DNA of 64,000 bases, from the NCBI GenBank assembly GCA_017654855.1, contig CM030332.1, positions 5,146,001-5,210,000 on the forward strand, read 5' to 3'. Within the stretch, counting starts at the first letter, position 1. Every line of letters starts with the position of its first letter. The notes below the pieces were generated by a model, which saw only the letters and a program-made list of their open reading frames with translations, made no database searches and had not been told where the DNA came from. The stretch is from Podospora anserina (taxonomy: Eukaryota). Made by a program: the position numbers and the translations under genes. Of this stretch, positions 27,670 through 39,300 are shown piece by piece.

Positions 27670-28703
27670 TGTGGATGTGGGAGAAGAGTAATTTGATGGG
27701 GTATCACGTTGGTTAGGTGTTCACTGCATCATTTCCTCGTATATATGGTAGAAAGCGAGACAAAGGTGCGCAGCGCTTGGATATTGGCCCGAAATACTTT
27801 GGTATGCTGTCGCAAAACTCGACTTTTTGGCCGCAAAAAAGTGATCCAAACTTTCTCCAGTTGGGTTTCGTCATTGGCGTTGAGACAGGGGTCTAAGCCT
27901 TAGTTTTAGTTGCCTGCCGGATGTCTGTGAGCTGATAGCCAAGTGACACTATCCCTACCTGGGTTAGAGGCAATCTTAAGCTCCGGCATTCTGGCCCCCT
28001 GTTGACGCCGTTGGTGTTGGTGTTCTTTCCAACGTTCAACTGCATTCTTTCACAGTTGATCAAAACCTCAATAAACTCACTCTGAACTTTTTTTTTGCCT
28101 CGGATTTCGCGGTTGCGATGTTTAGAATCCTGGACCCGAACACGATATGAGGCTTCTCGCATTCGGGATTTGAACCCCTACAAGAGACAACACAGTTTTT
28201 ACAAGGGTCTTCTTGCTCGCAATCGCATTGGGGTTCGCCTCATGTGGAGCGATGGAACCTCCAGAACTGACCTCCAACATGGAACCCCGCGTTGCCGTTC
28301 ACCGCAGACGATTCAAAGCCAACGATTACTGTTGGCTGTCACATGCAGCTCTAGATCCAACCGTCTCAAGAAACTGAACAGACTACAATCGTGCATATGC
28401 AGGAGAGAGCTTCTGAAGCTTCGGCCACCAATCGACTCGGGGAGGTATGCTTGAGGGTCAGTTCATCAGTGATAGGGTCCAATTGGAGAGCCTCCATAAC
28501 CATGCCTATCCCCGCAAATGCAACCCAGCATGCGATGAAGAGGGGTCATGGTGGACCAGATTCCCCTGAGCAAAGTCAGCTGAGCTCAGGGGCTGTTCTA
28601 CATACATATAAGAAGGGACCTATCTTGCTGTGCCAGTTCATATTTCGCAGGTAGATTTTACCAGATAATAATTGCATCACTATCCTCAACCTCACCCAAC
28701 AAA

Positions 28704-29474
28704 ATGGCCAAGACAGTCCTCATCACCGGTGCCGCTGGCGGTCTCGGAAAGGCAATCGCCGATGCTTTCCTCGCCGGCGGTGCCAATGTTGCCGTGTGCG
28801 ACGTCAACCCTCAACGAATCACGGCTGTCGAAGAGGAATGGACCAAGTCCTATGACGGCAAATTCCTCGCTCAACAAGCCGACGTAACAGACGAGGCCGC
28901 TGTCCAAAGTCTTGTCGATGCCACTGTCTCCAAATTCGGCCGCCTGGACGTTTTAATCAACAACGCCGGCGTCATGGATGACTTCTCCCCTGTTGGCGCA
29001 TGCTCCAAGGAGACATGGGACCGTGTCCTCAACATCAACCTCAACGGGCCATACACCACCTCCAAGGTCGCCATCGCCCAGTTCGAGAAGCAAGATCCCG
29101 TCGGTGGCATCATCATCAACATGGGCTCCAACGCCAGCATCCATGGATTCAAGGCCGGAGCGGCTTACACAGTATCCAAGGCTGGTGTCATGGCGTTGAC
29201 CAAGAACACGGCCGGCTTCTACGGGCCAAAGGGTATCTACAGCATCGCATTACTTCTGGGGGGCATGAACACCAACATTACCGATGCCTTCGCCAAGGGC
29301 ATGCACATGGAGGCGTTCCAAGCCATCTCTGCTTCTCAGTCGCCTGCGGGTCTCGAGAAAATGGTGCCTATTGAGAGCGTGGCCAAGTATTGCGTGTTTT
29401 TGTCGGAGAAGGATATTGCGACGAGCGCAAATGGGTCTTGCGTTGTGTTTAACAACAACTGGCCTGAGGCGTAA
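28704..29474 (+). CDS. Short-chain dehydrogenase/reductase (classical SDR), intronless
   Basis: TGAAGGLG, DVTD, NNAG and YTVSK (YxxxK) motifs; start context caaaATGGCC. Confidence 0.93.
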   Translation: MAKTVLITGAAGGLGKAIADAFLAGGANVAVCDVNPQRITAVEEEWTKSYDGKFLAQQADVTDEAAVQSLVDATVSKFGRLDVLINNAGVMDDFSPVGACSKETWDRVLNINLNGPYTTSKVAIAQFEKQDPVGGIIINMGSNASIHGFKAGAAYTVSKAGVMALTKNTAGFYGPKGIYSIALLLGGMNTNITDAFAKGMHMEAFQAISASQSPAGLEKMVPIESVAKYCVFLSEKDIATSANGSCVVFNNNWPEA

Positions 29475-30091
29475 ATGCGGGGTGCAAGGGAGTGCTGTGA
29501 GGAAAAGGGGCAAAGTAAACAAAGCGTGTAATTAGATGATACCTTGTTGATAGCACATGAATGACATGAGCATTATGACACAATTTTCAAACTGGGAGAC
29601 GGATTGCATGAAGGAGTTTATCAGTGTTTCTCAATGAACAATCCTGTCTTTATGGAGTTTTTGTTTTTACTGATTCCACACGAGAAACGACTGTTCATGG
29701 TGTAGTGAAGGGAGCCCCTGTCCACCTTGTGTCACCTTCATTCCAGCACATAACGAATGTGGATCAAGGGAAAGCTAAAGTTGTTATAAGGATACCGTTT
29801 GTCATTTCCATCATCGGTAAGGGGTGCTAACCAAGGCAGACTAACCTACAAAAACGAGAAGACTCAGCATTCCAACAAAAGAAAAGTACAAATCAGGTGG
29901 GTTTACAACAGGGAGCCCGGCAAGAAAACAAGTGTGAGTGCACTGAGACATATCAGAGAAACCCCTGATTCCATCCACCCGTTTCCTTCATACGCTCATA
30001 GATTGTCGTAAAATCCAGCCCGTCAAAGTTGTCGGTATTGTCCCAAAGAGAACTTTGTCTGAATGCCGACTGTGAATACCAATGAAGGCAT

Positions 30092-30636
30092 TTACAAGTA
30101 AGAGTAAGGCAAGCAGTAAGGGCTCTTGTTGGCCAAGTTGAACTTGCACCTCTCCCTCTTGCCGCAGGAGCCGCCATACTGTTATCGTAATGTCAGCCAT
30201 GCTCCATCGCTATTATCGTTGTTATGAGTAAACTTACCACCCACTCCCCCAAAACGTTGCACACCTTCCATCCGCTCCCCTTCCTCTCGGACCCCTCGCA
30301 GGCGTAGCTGCCAGGCTTGCACTTGAACCCCTGGGGGAGAGGGGAGGGCTTGTTGCTGTTGCCCTTGCCCCAGCCCTTGCCCTTGCCCTTGCCGAAGGGG
30401 ACGATCTCAATGGTGGGGTCGATGATGGAGATCTCGACAATGTCCTGGCCCTTGCCGCCCTTGCCCTTGCCGACGACGAGGGGGGAGACCTCCTCGAGGG
30501 TCCAGTCGAGGTTCTCCCAGTCGGGCCACTCGGGCCAGTCAGCCTGGGCGGCGGCCATCTCTTGGGTGGCGGCCATCTCGGCGACGGCGACGGAGAGGGT
30601 GGCGGCGAGGGCGGCGGCGAGGGAGGTGACCTTCAT
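30092..30636 (-). CDS. Small secreted protein with GKGK repeats and a C-terminal 6-Cys domain; exons 30636-30238, 30178-30092
   Basis: Signal peptide MKVTSLAAALAATLSVAVA. Intron GTAAGT...GCTGAC...CAG 30237-30179 gives CKPGSYAC...WKVCNVLGEWVYGGSCGKRERCKFNLANKSPYCLPYSYL*. TATA-like element near 30780-30790. Confidence 0.85.
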
Positions 30637-31324
30637 ATTGAAGAGAGCTAAAGGATTGGGTTGTTGAGGGAATGCGTTTAGGCTGGTTGGCTTTGGAAGG
30701 AATGAGCTGATGACCGAGGTGATGATGAGGATGGTGGTGAGGAAAAGAAAATGAGGTGCTCAACGGGAGAGATGGCGAGTATTTTATAACTTTTAGGTCC
30801 CTATAGTTCTCACATGCACAGAACATTCTTTTTTTTTGTTTTCTTTTCTTTGCTCGTCATAACAAACAACAGAGCAATCTGAGGTAGCGGTGCTGGTGCC
30901 ATGGCAGAGGAGGAATGTCAAGAATGCTCGTTCCTGGCTGGATGTCTCGCTTACCCCTGAATCTCCCCAACAACCTTGGCTGGCCGACCACTACCGACAA
31001 TTCTATTGCGTTCCTGACTGAATCACTTTTACATCATTCAGATCTAATCGTCAGGTAGAGATCCTCGTGCAAGAGGCTGTATCTAGCTGGTAAACGTGAA
31101 AGACAACAGCTGAACGGGACAAAAGGCCCGATTTACCCAGATTTTTCAGCATTGAGTTCTCAAGTGATTAAGTCATGAGTGTATTTCCAAAACATGGCGG
31201 GCATCATGTCCCGATACGAGCTACTAGCCGAGTTCAAAAGTCTAGATCTCGCTGGGCGGGTTGTGCTCCGAAACGCCATCCATGCCAGATCGGATCGCCG
31301 GGACATCCCATTCTTCCCCGCCCA

Positions 31325-33433
31325 TCATTGTTGTTGCTTCCTCTCCTCCGCCTCCAGCAACCACCTCTTCGCCATATCCCTCAACTTGAACTTCTGAATC
31401 TTCCCACTCGCTGTCTTGGGGTACTCCCTCACAAACCAAACATGCTTCGGCACCAAATGCGCGCTCAGCCGACTCCTCACCCACTCCCTCACCATTTCCG
31501 CAGTCAACACCTTCTTGCCCTCCTCTCCAACATCCTTATCACTCTCCATCCCTTCCATCTCCACCCCGACCCCCTCATGCGCAATCACAAACGCGCCCAC
31601 GCTCTCCCCGTGCCTGTCACACGGCACCCCAACCACGCTTACCTCGGCCACGTACTCATGCTGAAACAAACAGTTCTCAATCTCCAGCGGATGGATATTC
31701 TCCCCTCCCCTGATGATCAAATCCTTGATCCTCCCTGTGATAGCCACATAGCCCTCCTCATCCATACTCGCCTCATCCCCGCTGTACATCCAGACCCTCT
31801 CCTGTCCATCCTCATCCCGTTCCGCCACCCTCACCTCGTTCGTCCTCCCCTCGTCCCCCCAGTACCCCTTCATAACCAAATACCCCGCCGCCGCCAACTC
31901 CCCCTTCTCCCCAATCGGCAATATCCTCCCCTTATTCTCCGGGTCAACAATCTTGACCGTCGTATGCGGCATCACCCTGCCCACCGTGCTCGTCCTCTTC
32001 TCGAACGGATCATCAGGTGTAGTCATGCAGCTCACCGGGCTCGTCTCCGTCATCCCATAGCAAATCACCAGGTCCTCCAACCCAAAAGTGGCGTAAATCT
32101 TGTACATCAAACTCTGCGGCACCGAACTCCCCGCCGCGATCCCCTTTTTCAGCAACGGGAACGCCTTCTCGCCCTCTTGTAAGTTCTCGTAGACGGGCCG
32201 TAGATAATTCTTTCGATGTTTCGGGTTGGCGAGCTCCTCAAACATGGACACAAACATTGTTGCCACCCCGTACAGACCCGTGGCTTTTTCCTTGTGGGCC
32301 ATAACGATCGTGGCGGCTGGGTCAAAGGCCGGGGAGGGGAACATGATTTCTGCTCCCGTGGTCGCGCAGGCCATGTACCCCAGGATGCAGCCAAAGCAGT
32401 GGAACAAGGGAGGGGGGCAGATGATTCGATCCGAGGGGTCGAGACCCATGCGCTGGGCGATGAGGTGGCCGTTGTTGAGGATGTTTTCGTGGGTGAGCAT
32501 CGCTGCTTTGGGGTGGGAGGTGGTGCCCGAGGTGAATTGGATGTTGATTGTTTCTGACGGGGAAAGGGGGGAGTCGGGGATGATGGGGTCGATGTGTTTC
32601 GCGTCGTGGAGCCATATGGTGTCGAAGGCGGTGAGGGATGGGTACTCCGAGATCTTTGGGGGGCTGGGGAAGTGTGTTTTTGAGTTGTCCACGACGATTA
32701 CTTTTTCGAGGCTTTTCACTGTTGGGCTTTTGATGGTGCCTGTGGTGAGGTCTGGGACGATGGTCTTGAGTAAGGGTATGTTACTTCTTCCTTGGCCGGG
32801 CTTGTATGCGAGGTCTGTCATGGCGTTGATGATGAGGAGTTTGACCTCGAGATGGTTTAGGGCGGCTGTGACTTGCTCGGCGTTGAACTGAGGGTTCAGC
32901 GGGACGAGAATAGCGCCTAATTTGTAGACTGCATAGGTGAGGGCAGCAAACTCCCAGCAGTTTCCCAGGCTGACAGCAACTCTGTCGCCTTTCTGGACTC
33001 CTTGCGCTCGCAACGAATGTGCGAGGATGTTGGAGATGGAGTCAAGTTCTCGGTAGGTGAGGGTGCGCGGGTTCCAGTGGACTTCATAGCCCAGCAAGGA
33101 CTTGTTCACGTTGCGAATGGCAGGCACACTGGTCACTGCCCTGTGGTCGGCGTATTTCTCCGCCATGGTATGAAAGTGTTCGGGGATGGTCATTCCCAGT
33201 AATGGAACCTGATCGTGAGATCTCGGATTAGCAGACGGAGCATCTTGGTCAAGGGAAACGCGACTTACATGACGATGCCCTTCACTAATGCTCCTTGTCA
33301 AACCACTGCTTCTCCGCACACCCAACTTTCCAACGCCTAGCCATCTCGTCTTGATGCGACTGCAAGGCAGGCTCGCACGCCTTCGCAGCAGCACCAGAGC
33401 CGTTTGAGTCTCTGGCACCAACTGGAATCTCAT
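31325..33433 (-). CDS. Acyl-CoA synthetase (AMP-binding, ACSF2-like, probably mitochondrial); probable 60-nt intron 33268-33209
   Basis: QFTSGTTSHPK, YGMTETS, YSGD, GRIKDLIIRGGENIHPLEIE, PKTASGKIQK motifs; first ATG at 33433 followed by an Arg/Leu/Ser-rich presequence. Confidence 0.92.
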   Translation of the reverse strand: MRFQLVPETQTALVLLRRRASLPCSRIKTRWLGVGKLGVRRSSGLTRSISEGHRHVSRVSLDQDAPSANPRSHDQVPLLGMTIPEHFHTMAEKYADHRAVTSVPAIRNVNKSLLGYEVHWNPRTLTYRELDSISNILAHSLRAQGVQKGDRVAVSLGNCWEFAALTYAVYKLGAILVPLNPQFNAEQVTAALNHLEVKLLIINAMTDLAYKPGQGRSNIPLLKTIVPDLTTGTIKSPTVKSLEKVIVVDNSKTHFPSPPKISEYPSLTAFDTIWLHDAKHIDPIIPDSPLSPSETINIQFTSGTTSHPKAAMLTHENILNNGHLIAQRMGLDPSDRIICPPPLFHCFGCILGYMACATTGAEIMFPSPAFDPAATIVMAHKEKATGLYGVATMFVSMFEELANPKHRKNYLRPVYENLQEGEKAFPLLKKGIAAGSSVPQSLMYKIYATFGLEDLVICYGMTETSPVSCMTTPDDPFEKRTSTVGRVMPHTTVKIVDPENKGRILPIGEKGELAAAGYLVMKGYWGDEGRTNEVRVAERDEDGQERVWMYSGDEASMDEEGYVAITGRIKDLIIRGGENIHPLEIENCLFQHEYVAEVSVVGVPCDRHGESVGAFVIAHEGVGVEMEGMESDKDVGEEGKKVLTAEMVREWVRSRLSAHLVPKHVWFVREYPKTASGKIQKFKLRDMAKRWLLEAEERKQQQ

Positions 33434-34112
33434 CGCGCTCTCTCCCACAGAATCCGGCTGAGGCAATAGAAGAGCCAGAAAGTCAAATATTTGGTAAAAT
33501 AAAGTATATTTGCTTCGGTGATTCAACCAAGTACTCGAAAGTGTGCTCAAGGAGGTCTGTAACAAAGCAAGTTGCAAGAACACACCCACCCCCCCTCACG
33601 ACCCGAAGCCATGGTGTTCTCTTTTGCCTCGGGGTAGGTAGACAGACGAGCTGCCGATCACCAAGGCCTGTCTGGGAAGGTAACCAAGATTCCCCCTCAC
33701 TCACCCTGCCCGTTGGACGTCCCCCCTGGAAATGCGGGGTACAGTCGCCTCATCGATCACCCCACCCGTGCCACCCCAACCAGCCGCTTCCAGTTGTTTG
33801 TTGAATGGGATGGAGGGTATGGGATCCAAGCGATGGTGTATACCCTGACAATCAGTTGCCTCTGGTTATCTTGATGCGACGGGTTTGGGGATACCGTCCA
33901 GATGGAAAGCGGCGCTTAAAATGGGGGTTTCTTCCTGTTGGTAATGAGGAAGATAGATAGATAACGAGCTCCACACTGGGGATTTACACACCCTTTGACT
34001 GCTATTCACCAAGGTTCTTTGATAGTCTCTACCTTGTCAATTCTCCCTCCCAGACTCTCACTTTACATTTGCTTTCAATATCATTTTCCCAAGTCTTCCT
34101 CAGTCTCGCAAC

Positions 34113-34767
34113 ATGTCCACCACCACATCTAACAACCCCAACCCAAACCCCAACACCCCCGCAGCGCCTAGTGGGCCCGGCTCCACCAAAATCGCGGGGA
34201 GGCTGGAGTTGCTGTCCCGGCAGAACCGCTACCAACCGCCGCTATCGTCATCATCATCAGCCCGCTCCTCCCCCTTCCCAACCCACCTCGGCCTCTTCGC
34301 CTACGGCACATTAACCATCGATGCGGTGATGCACGCCCTGCTAGACCGGGTGCCGCCGTCAACGCTGACTTCAGCGCCCGGGTGGAGAGCAGCTGGCTTG
34401 CCGGATTTACCGTACTTCTTCCCCCTTGTCTTCCCCTGAGTTGAGGGTTGTGTCCTAACAAAGAGACAGATACCCAGGGCTTGTCACCGACCCGACAAGT
34501 GTGGCACCAGGGAGGGCCTACAACGACCTCACAGAGCGAGAATGGGCCATTTTGGACTCTTTTGAGAATCCAAAGTACGACGTCGCGCGGGTCACTCTTG
34601 CCAGTGGCGCTGAAGCGCTGGCCTATATCTGGCCTGCTGATCCCCCTGCGCTGACGACCACTTGGACGGTTGACTTCATCGATACTGAAGGCATGGAAGA
34701 CTACCTAGCCATGTGTGTGGAATTCAGGCAGGACTGGGAGGAGAGCCAGAGGTCAAAGACTTCCTGA
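34113..34767 (+). CDS. Gamma-glutamylcyclotransferase (AIG2-like) family protein; exons 34113-34411, 34470-34767
   Basis: LFAYGTL motif; intron GTACTT...CCTAAC...CAG 34412-34469 gives LPYPGLV...LTEREWAILDSFE...ALAYIW. Confidence 0.88.
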
Positions 34768-35194
34768 TCCTGTCAGAGTTAGATGTTCAACAACGCTATC
34801 ACCAGCGGTCTATTGCGTCTCCATCGTCTAGATCGCTAGACAGATAAGAGACAGGTTAGCCCAAAAGAGCCCCCTGTTTAACCTGGCGGTGTACGCCTTC
34901 CTCCCCCTTCCAAAATGGGCCACGGTAGACTGCAAGTCTAACCGTCGGATTCCATGAGTGTTATGTACATCCCTTTTGCGTACAGCATATGTCGCGTTCG
35001 TCCACCCCCGTAGCCTTTTGTACACTCTATCCCCGCCCATCTTCCTTGAAATTTCAAGACCCCAGAACTAAGCTGGGTATGCAGCGTAGAAACACAAACG
35101 CCAACCCATGCAGTAAAGTAGATTAAAAAGGAATTATGTCTCGTTCCAAGAAAAGTGAAGTTCATAATGATGCTGTGCACGATGGATGCAGCTA

Positions 35195-36391
35195 TCATTG
35201 CTCGCCAATGTGACGCTCGCTCTCAGGTTTCCATGTGCCTGTGACATCATTTGTTAGCTTCAGCCAAGACTTTGTTGAGGTTGCTGGAAAACATGACATA
35301 CCCTCGAAATCGTGCTTCACAAACGCCATAGGATCGTCGTAATCTTTGGCCCCCATCTGTTGTACACCTGGTGAGAAGCTGGTGATGGGGAGCACGATGA
35401 CATCTCCCACACGTCTTGCCGTCTCCATGCCAGTAAAATTCTTCCAGTCAATCAGGCCGACCGAATTCTCCATGTCGAAGTACCGCTCATCGTTGAAGTA
35501 CCCGAAGATAATATCCGTCCAAAGGGCTGGGCCAGTAAATTCAATAACATCCTTGTCGACAACATCCTTGAGCGAACCGGCTCTCTTCCTCTTCAGGACC
35601 TGTTCGGTAATGCGGGACACCACTTCTCTCAGCACAGGGTGACCGGGCTTGCTCTGGATGGTCCACTGGCAAAACTGAATTCTTCGGCTGTACCAATCCT
35701 TCCAATCCGGGCGATCCGGATCCGCCTCGATTCCAATAACCAATCCGATCTGGTCGCGCGGGACTGATTCAGGGACCCACTCGAGCGCGCTGCGGATTGC
35801 ATACGTGTCGATGTCGGAATAGATACCTCCTCTGGCGAGCAGGATCAAGTAGCGGAAGAAATCGGCCTTGAGCACAGGAAGAGGAAGCGCCTCATACGCC
35901 TCCAGAACCTCGGGAACTGATCCGTAGAGGAGACGGAGCAGGTGCACAGCAACCTGATCGGTGATGACCTCGTGGATAAACCCTGGGTGCTGCTCCGTCC
36001 ATGTCGCCTCCTGCTCGCGAAAGGTAAACTCTCCGTGCGCTGGTGTCCATTTCCACGTTTGCCAAATGTAAGCTGGGAATTTCGTCTCGACATCGTAGGG
36101 AAACTGGTAGGCGAGCTTCTCGTAAAGCGTCATTCTTGACATATCCTTCATCGGCTTCTGCTTCGGCGGGCCGCCCTGATGTCCGCCATTTTGTACCACC
36201 TGGTCGTCGGCAGCTTTCTGCCTAGAAGACGCCGTTGTTTGCGATTTCTGCCTCGCGGCCTCTGCTCCGGGCTGTACTTTTGGATACTCGACAGCTGCCG
36301 CCGAGGCAGCCGGTGATGACGATCGTGTTGTGAGGAAGAGGACAGCGATGAAAAACACCGCGGCCACGAGGGCGCGGCGGAAGGTGAGCAT
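35195..36391 (-). CDS. OCH1: Initiation-specific alpha-1,6-mannosyltransferase (GT32); probable 63-nt intron 35301-35239
   Basis: Type II membrane anchor, FPAYIWQTWK, ADFFRYLIL, GGIYSDIDT (DxD), GIEADPDR, QFCQWTI, TGPALWTD, KHDFEGTWK after splicing. Confidence 0.95.
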   Translation of the reverse strand: MLTFRRALVAAVFFIAVLFLTTRSSSPAASAAAVEYPKVQPGAEAARQKSQTTASSRQKAADDQVVQNGGHQGGPPKQKPMKDMSRMTLYEKLAYQFPYDVETKFPAYIWQTWKWTPAHGEFTFREQEATWTEQHPGFIHEVITDQVAVHLLRLLYGSVPEVLEAYEALPLPVLKADFFRYLILLARGGIYSDIDTYAIRSALEWVPESVPRDQIGLVIGIEADPDRPDWKDWYSRRIQFCQWTIQSKPGHPVLREVVSRITEQVLKRKRAGSLKDVVDKDVIEFTGPALWTDIIFGYFNDERYFDMENSVGLIDWKNFTGMETARRVGDVIVLPITSFSPGVQQMGAKDYDDPMAFVKHDFEGMSCFPATSTKSWLKLTNDVTGTWKPESERHIGEQ

Positions 36392-39300
36392 GATGTCGAA
36401 ACTGTCAAATCTAGCATCGCGTCAAACGAAAAACGTCAGTGTTGCTGTTCTCTCCGCATGGTGACATCAGTCTTCTTAGTGCAAACAGTTGTGCCTGCGT
36501 GGTGCTAAATAAAAGCTGCATCGGCGCCCGGTACATACCAAGTAGGTTGGAAAAATTAGACCATTGGGAGAGCTAGGGAATGGGCCAAAAATGAAGGGTC
36601 CTTCACAGAAACAACAAGTACACAATGAAGAAAGGGAAAACAGGAAGGGAGCATAAAAGAGCGTGAAATACGAAGAAGGATGGCGTGGAGGAGTGTCGGT
36701 AAATGTTGTGAGTGTGGATTAGAATCCAAAGCCCCCTTTACTTTTTGAATTGAGTGGACAAGCTCGACGGCGTGACAGGGGTTTTTAGGCGGGGGTGGGA
36801 AAGTACGTGGGGCCGTTGATCATACCTCACAGGCTTGGTTTTCCACGTTTGCAACCAAAGGGAGCTGGCCAACCATGGACTTTTGAGAAATGCAGTTGAT
36901 GGCGATCGGTGCCAAGAAGATGCTGTGCCCGCGAGTATTGGGAGAGGATCACTGGGGATCTGTCACTCGATACTAAATCTGGCCTGTAGGCTGGTTTCAA
37001 GATTCCTCATCCGGGCCTCAAGGGCGCACGGCGGCGGTCCACGGGCGGGAGTGCGAAGCAGGGCAGGCAGAGCGGCGACCGTTGACAGGCGGCCGGGCGC
37101 TGGCGGGATATCTGCCCCGAAACCAGTGTACAGGCTGGACCCTGAAAACCGGCAACGCGAACGGACGGCCGAATGAACAAAGCTGATCCGCCTGGTCTCT
37201 GCTTGATGTTCGCACGGAGGAAGTGGGATGAAAAGTTGAACTTGTTCCTTTCCAGGTTGCCTTTCTCAAACCTGGAACAGGCAGGGTGATGACGTGTAGG
37301 GTTGCTCTTGTTCGTTGCTTCAACTTGAGACACAAACTGGACGAGCTTTTTTTGGTATCCCGCGACAGAGACCGTGCCGATGGCGGGTGGTCAGCAAGGT
37401 GGTTTGAATGCTTCGGCCACCATGATCAGAAAACACCCTCTCAAAACCTTTCAGTTAGTCGGAGAATCGTGGTCTCTTCTTACGACCGGTCCCCAAATTT
37501 CATCAAAGAACAACAACTTCGACGAAGCCGGCCCATCCGGCCCCGCCGGTCAGCCCCAGTTATCTCAAGCGAGTGATGACGAAGTTCAGCAGAGTTGCAG
37601 GCCTGCAACATGCACAACTCATGCTGTGACACACGGAGCACTGCCGAATTGGAGGTTTGACCCGGGCACGGCTTCTGCTCAGATCCTCCCCGGTTTCTGG
37701 AAAACTGTTTGGCCATCCTCCTCTTGAAGAGTGATGCTGCTCAGCACCACTTCCTCTGGCTGTCAAGATTCGGCAGGCAGATTGAGCCAAGACTCAACGG
37801 CGCCGACAATTTGGGTGCCCATTTCGGCAATCTCTTTGATGATCGCACCACGCTTGCGCAATCAAGTGTGGGTGGGTCCTCTGAACTTGAAACAAGTGAC
37901 ACTCCAAGACCTGCTGGAGTTGGCAGCATGCCAAGCACTTGCTAAGCCTCTTCCCGAGAGAGCATTATTCTGATGTCTTCCACAGCTTCAGCAGTGAACG
38001 ACAGGTTTGCTGTCAGAGACATTCCCATTTCGAAATCCCAAACGGCCGGTCGCCATGGAGTTGGACAAGTTCCTCGTGTCCAACAGTTCCAGGTTTCGGT
38101 CTCAAGATAGGGTCAAACTCAGACAAACAGTTGACCTGCCCGGTGTTTGGCCGACACATGACCTTTCCGCACACATTGGAAACGGCCGGTATTATTTCAT
38201 CGTTTTCCTACATTGTTGTCTTTTTGGCCATACCCTACACAAGAAGTAACGGAGCACATGGGCAGATGAGTATGTAGAGGGGAGGGCGTTCTTTATTTGT
38301 CTTGTAGAACGGCGATCACGGGTGCTTGCCGAGGAGAGCGTGGCATTGCGTGCATGCAAGCAAGATCCAATATCAGATCTTAGGGTCATGTTTCAAGGAA
38401 GCGAGCCACACCGACTCAGAGGCCTTCTTCCTACCGGACCGACTTCTCATCACTGAGTTAACCACGCTGCTTCATGCTCCAACAACTACAACTCTAAAGA
38501 TGTTGCGAGGTCGAGAATTAGCAATCCGATGGGGGGTTTATACTGTTGGGCATGTGGCCCGTGCTGCCACAGACAACAGCAACCCTTCAACTTTTGTCAA
38601 GGTTGGTCATAATTGATGTCAACGGAAGGTACATACTTGCCACCTCAAGGCACTGTGCTAGAGTACGCTTGCCCGGACAGAGGCCTACCTAGTGGAAGGC
38701 GATTGGATGGTTGGTGTTGCTTCCGTCTCTGTCATCCTGTAAGGACTCGGAGCTTCAACGGAAGGCGCGTGGCCAAGGGACAGACGTCAAAAGCACTTCT
38801 CCAGTTGCCGTCATTGGCCTCGGGCTGCTTGATGACAGTGCTGTGCTGGCAAAGAGACGGCAGAAGGGACCGTTGATGAGACGCTTTGCAGGCAGCCCGG
38901 GTTGTATTGCTCCATCTTTCTACGCTGTTTTCTCTTCTGCTGCTTGCACTCCGAAGCATGTAAACTCAACTTTCTACTGCGGAGTTCCTTCCTCGTTGTA
39001 TGATTCCGCACGCAGGTATGAGGTGAGTCGAAGCTGCCCCTTTTCAGTCCTTGAAAATGAACATTACCTGCCTGACAAGTCTTCGCTACTGCTTTGACAG
39101 TCCTCGGGTTCCTTCCTCGTCACATCCAGCATAGCAATCTGGTGGCAGCAGTTCGCGAAGGAGTGTCACTTGCCAAATGGCCGCACTTCATTCAATCCAA
39201 CTTGGCATGGCTGATGTGTCTCTCTATTTACTTTGCGTGTTTAGAGGTGGTTGGGCAACGAAAGTGCATCTTGTCCCAAGGCGCATGGAGTTGCACTCTG

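Noticed and set aside
28165-28178. GGTTCAAATCCC T-loop/B-box-like motif on the minus strand
   Set aside because: T-stem pairs poorly and no D-arm, anticodon arm or acceptor stem can be folded; not a tRNA.
31175-32182. 335-aa His/Pro/Leu-rich plus-strand ORF
   Set aside because: Antisense to the G-rich 3' half of the acyl-CoA synthetase.
33434-33589. N-terminal extension of the 754-aa ORF
   Set aside because: The track uses a non-ATG start; the first ATG is at 33433 and is followed by a plausible presequence.
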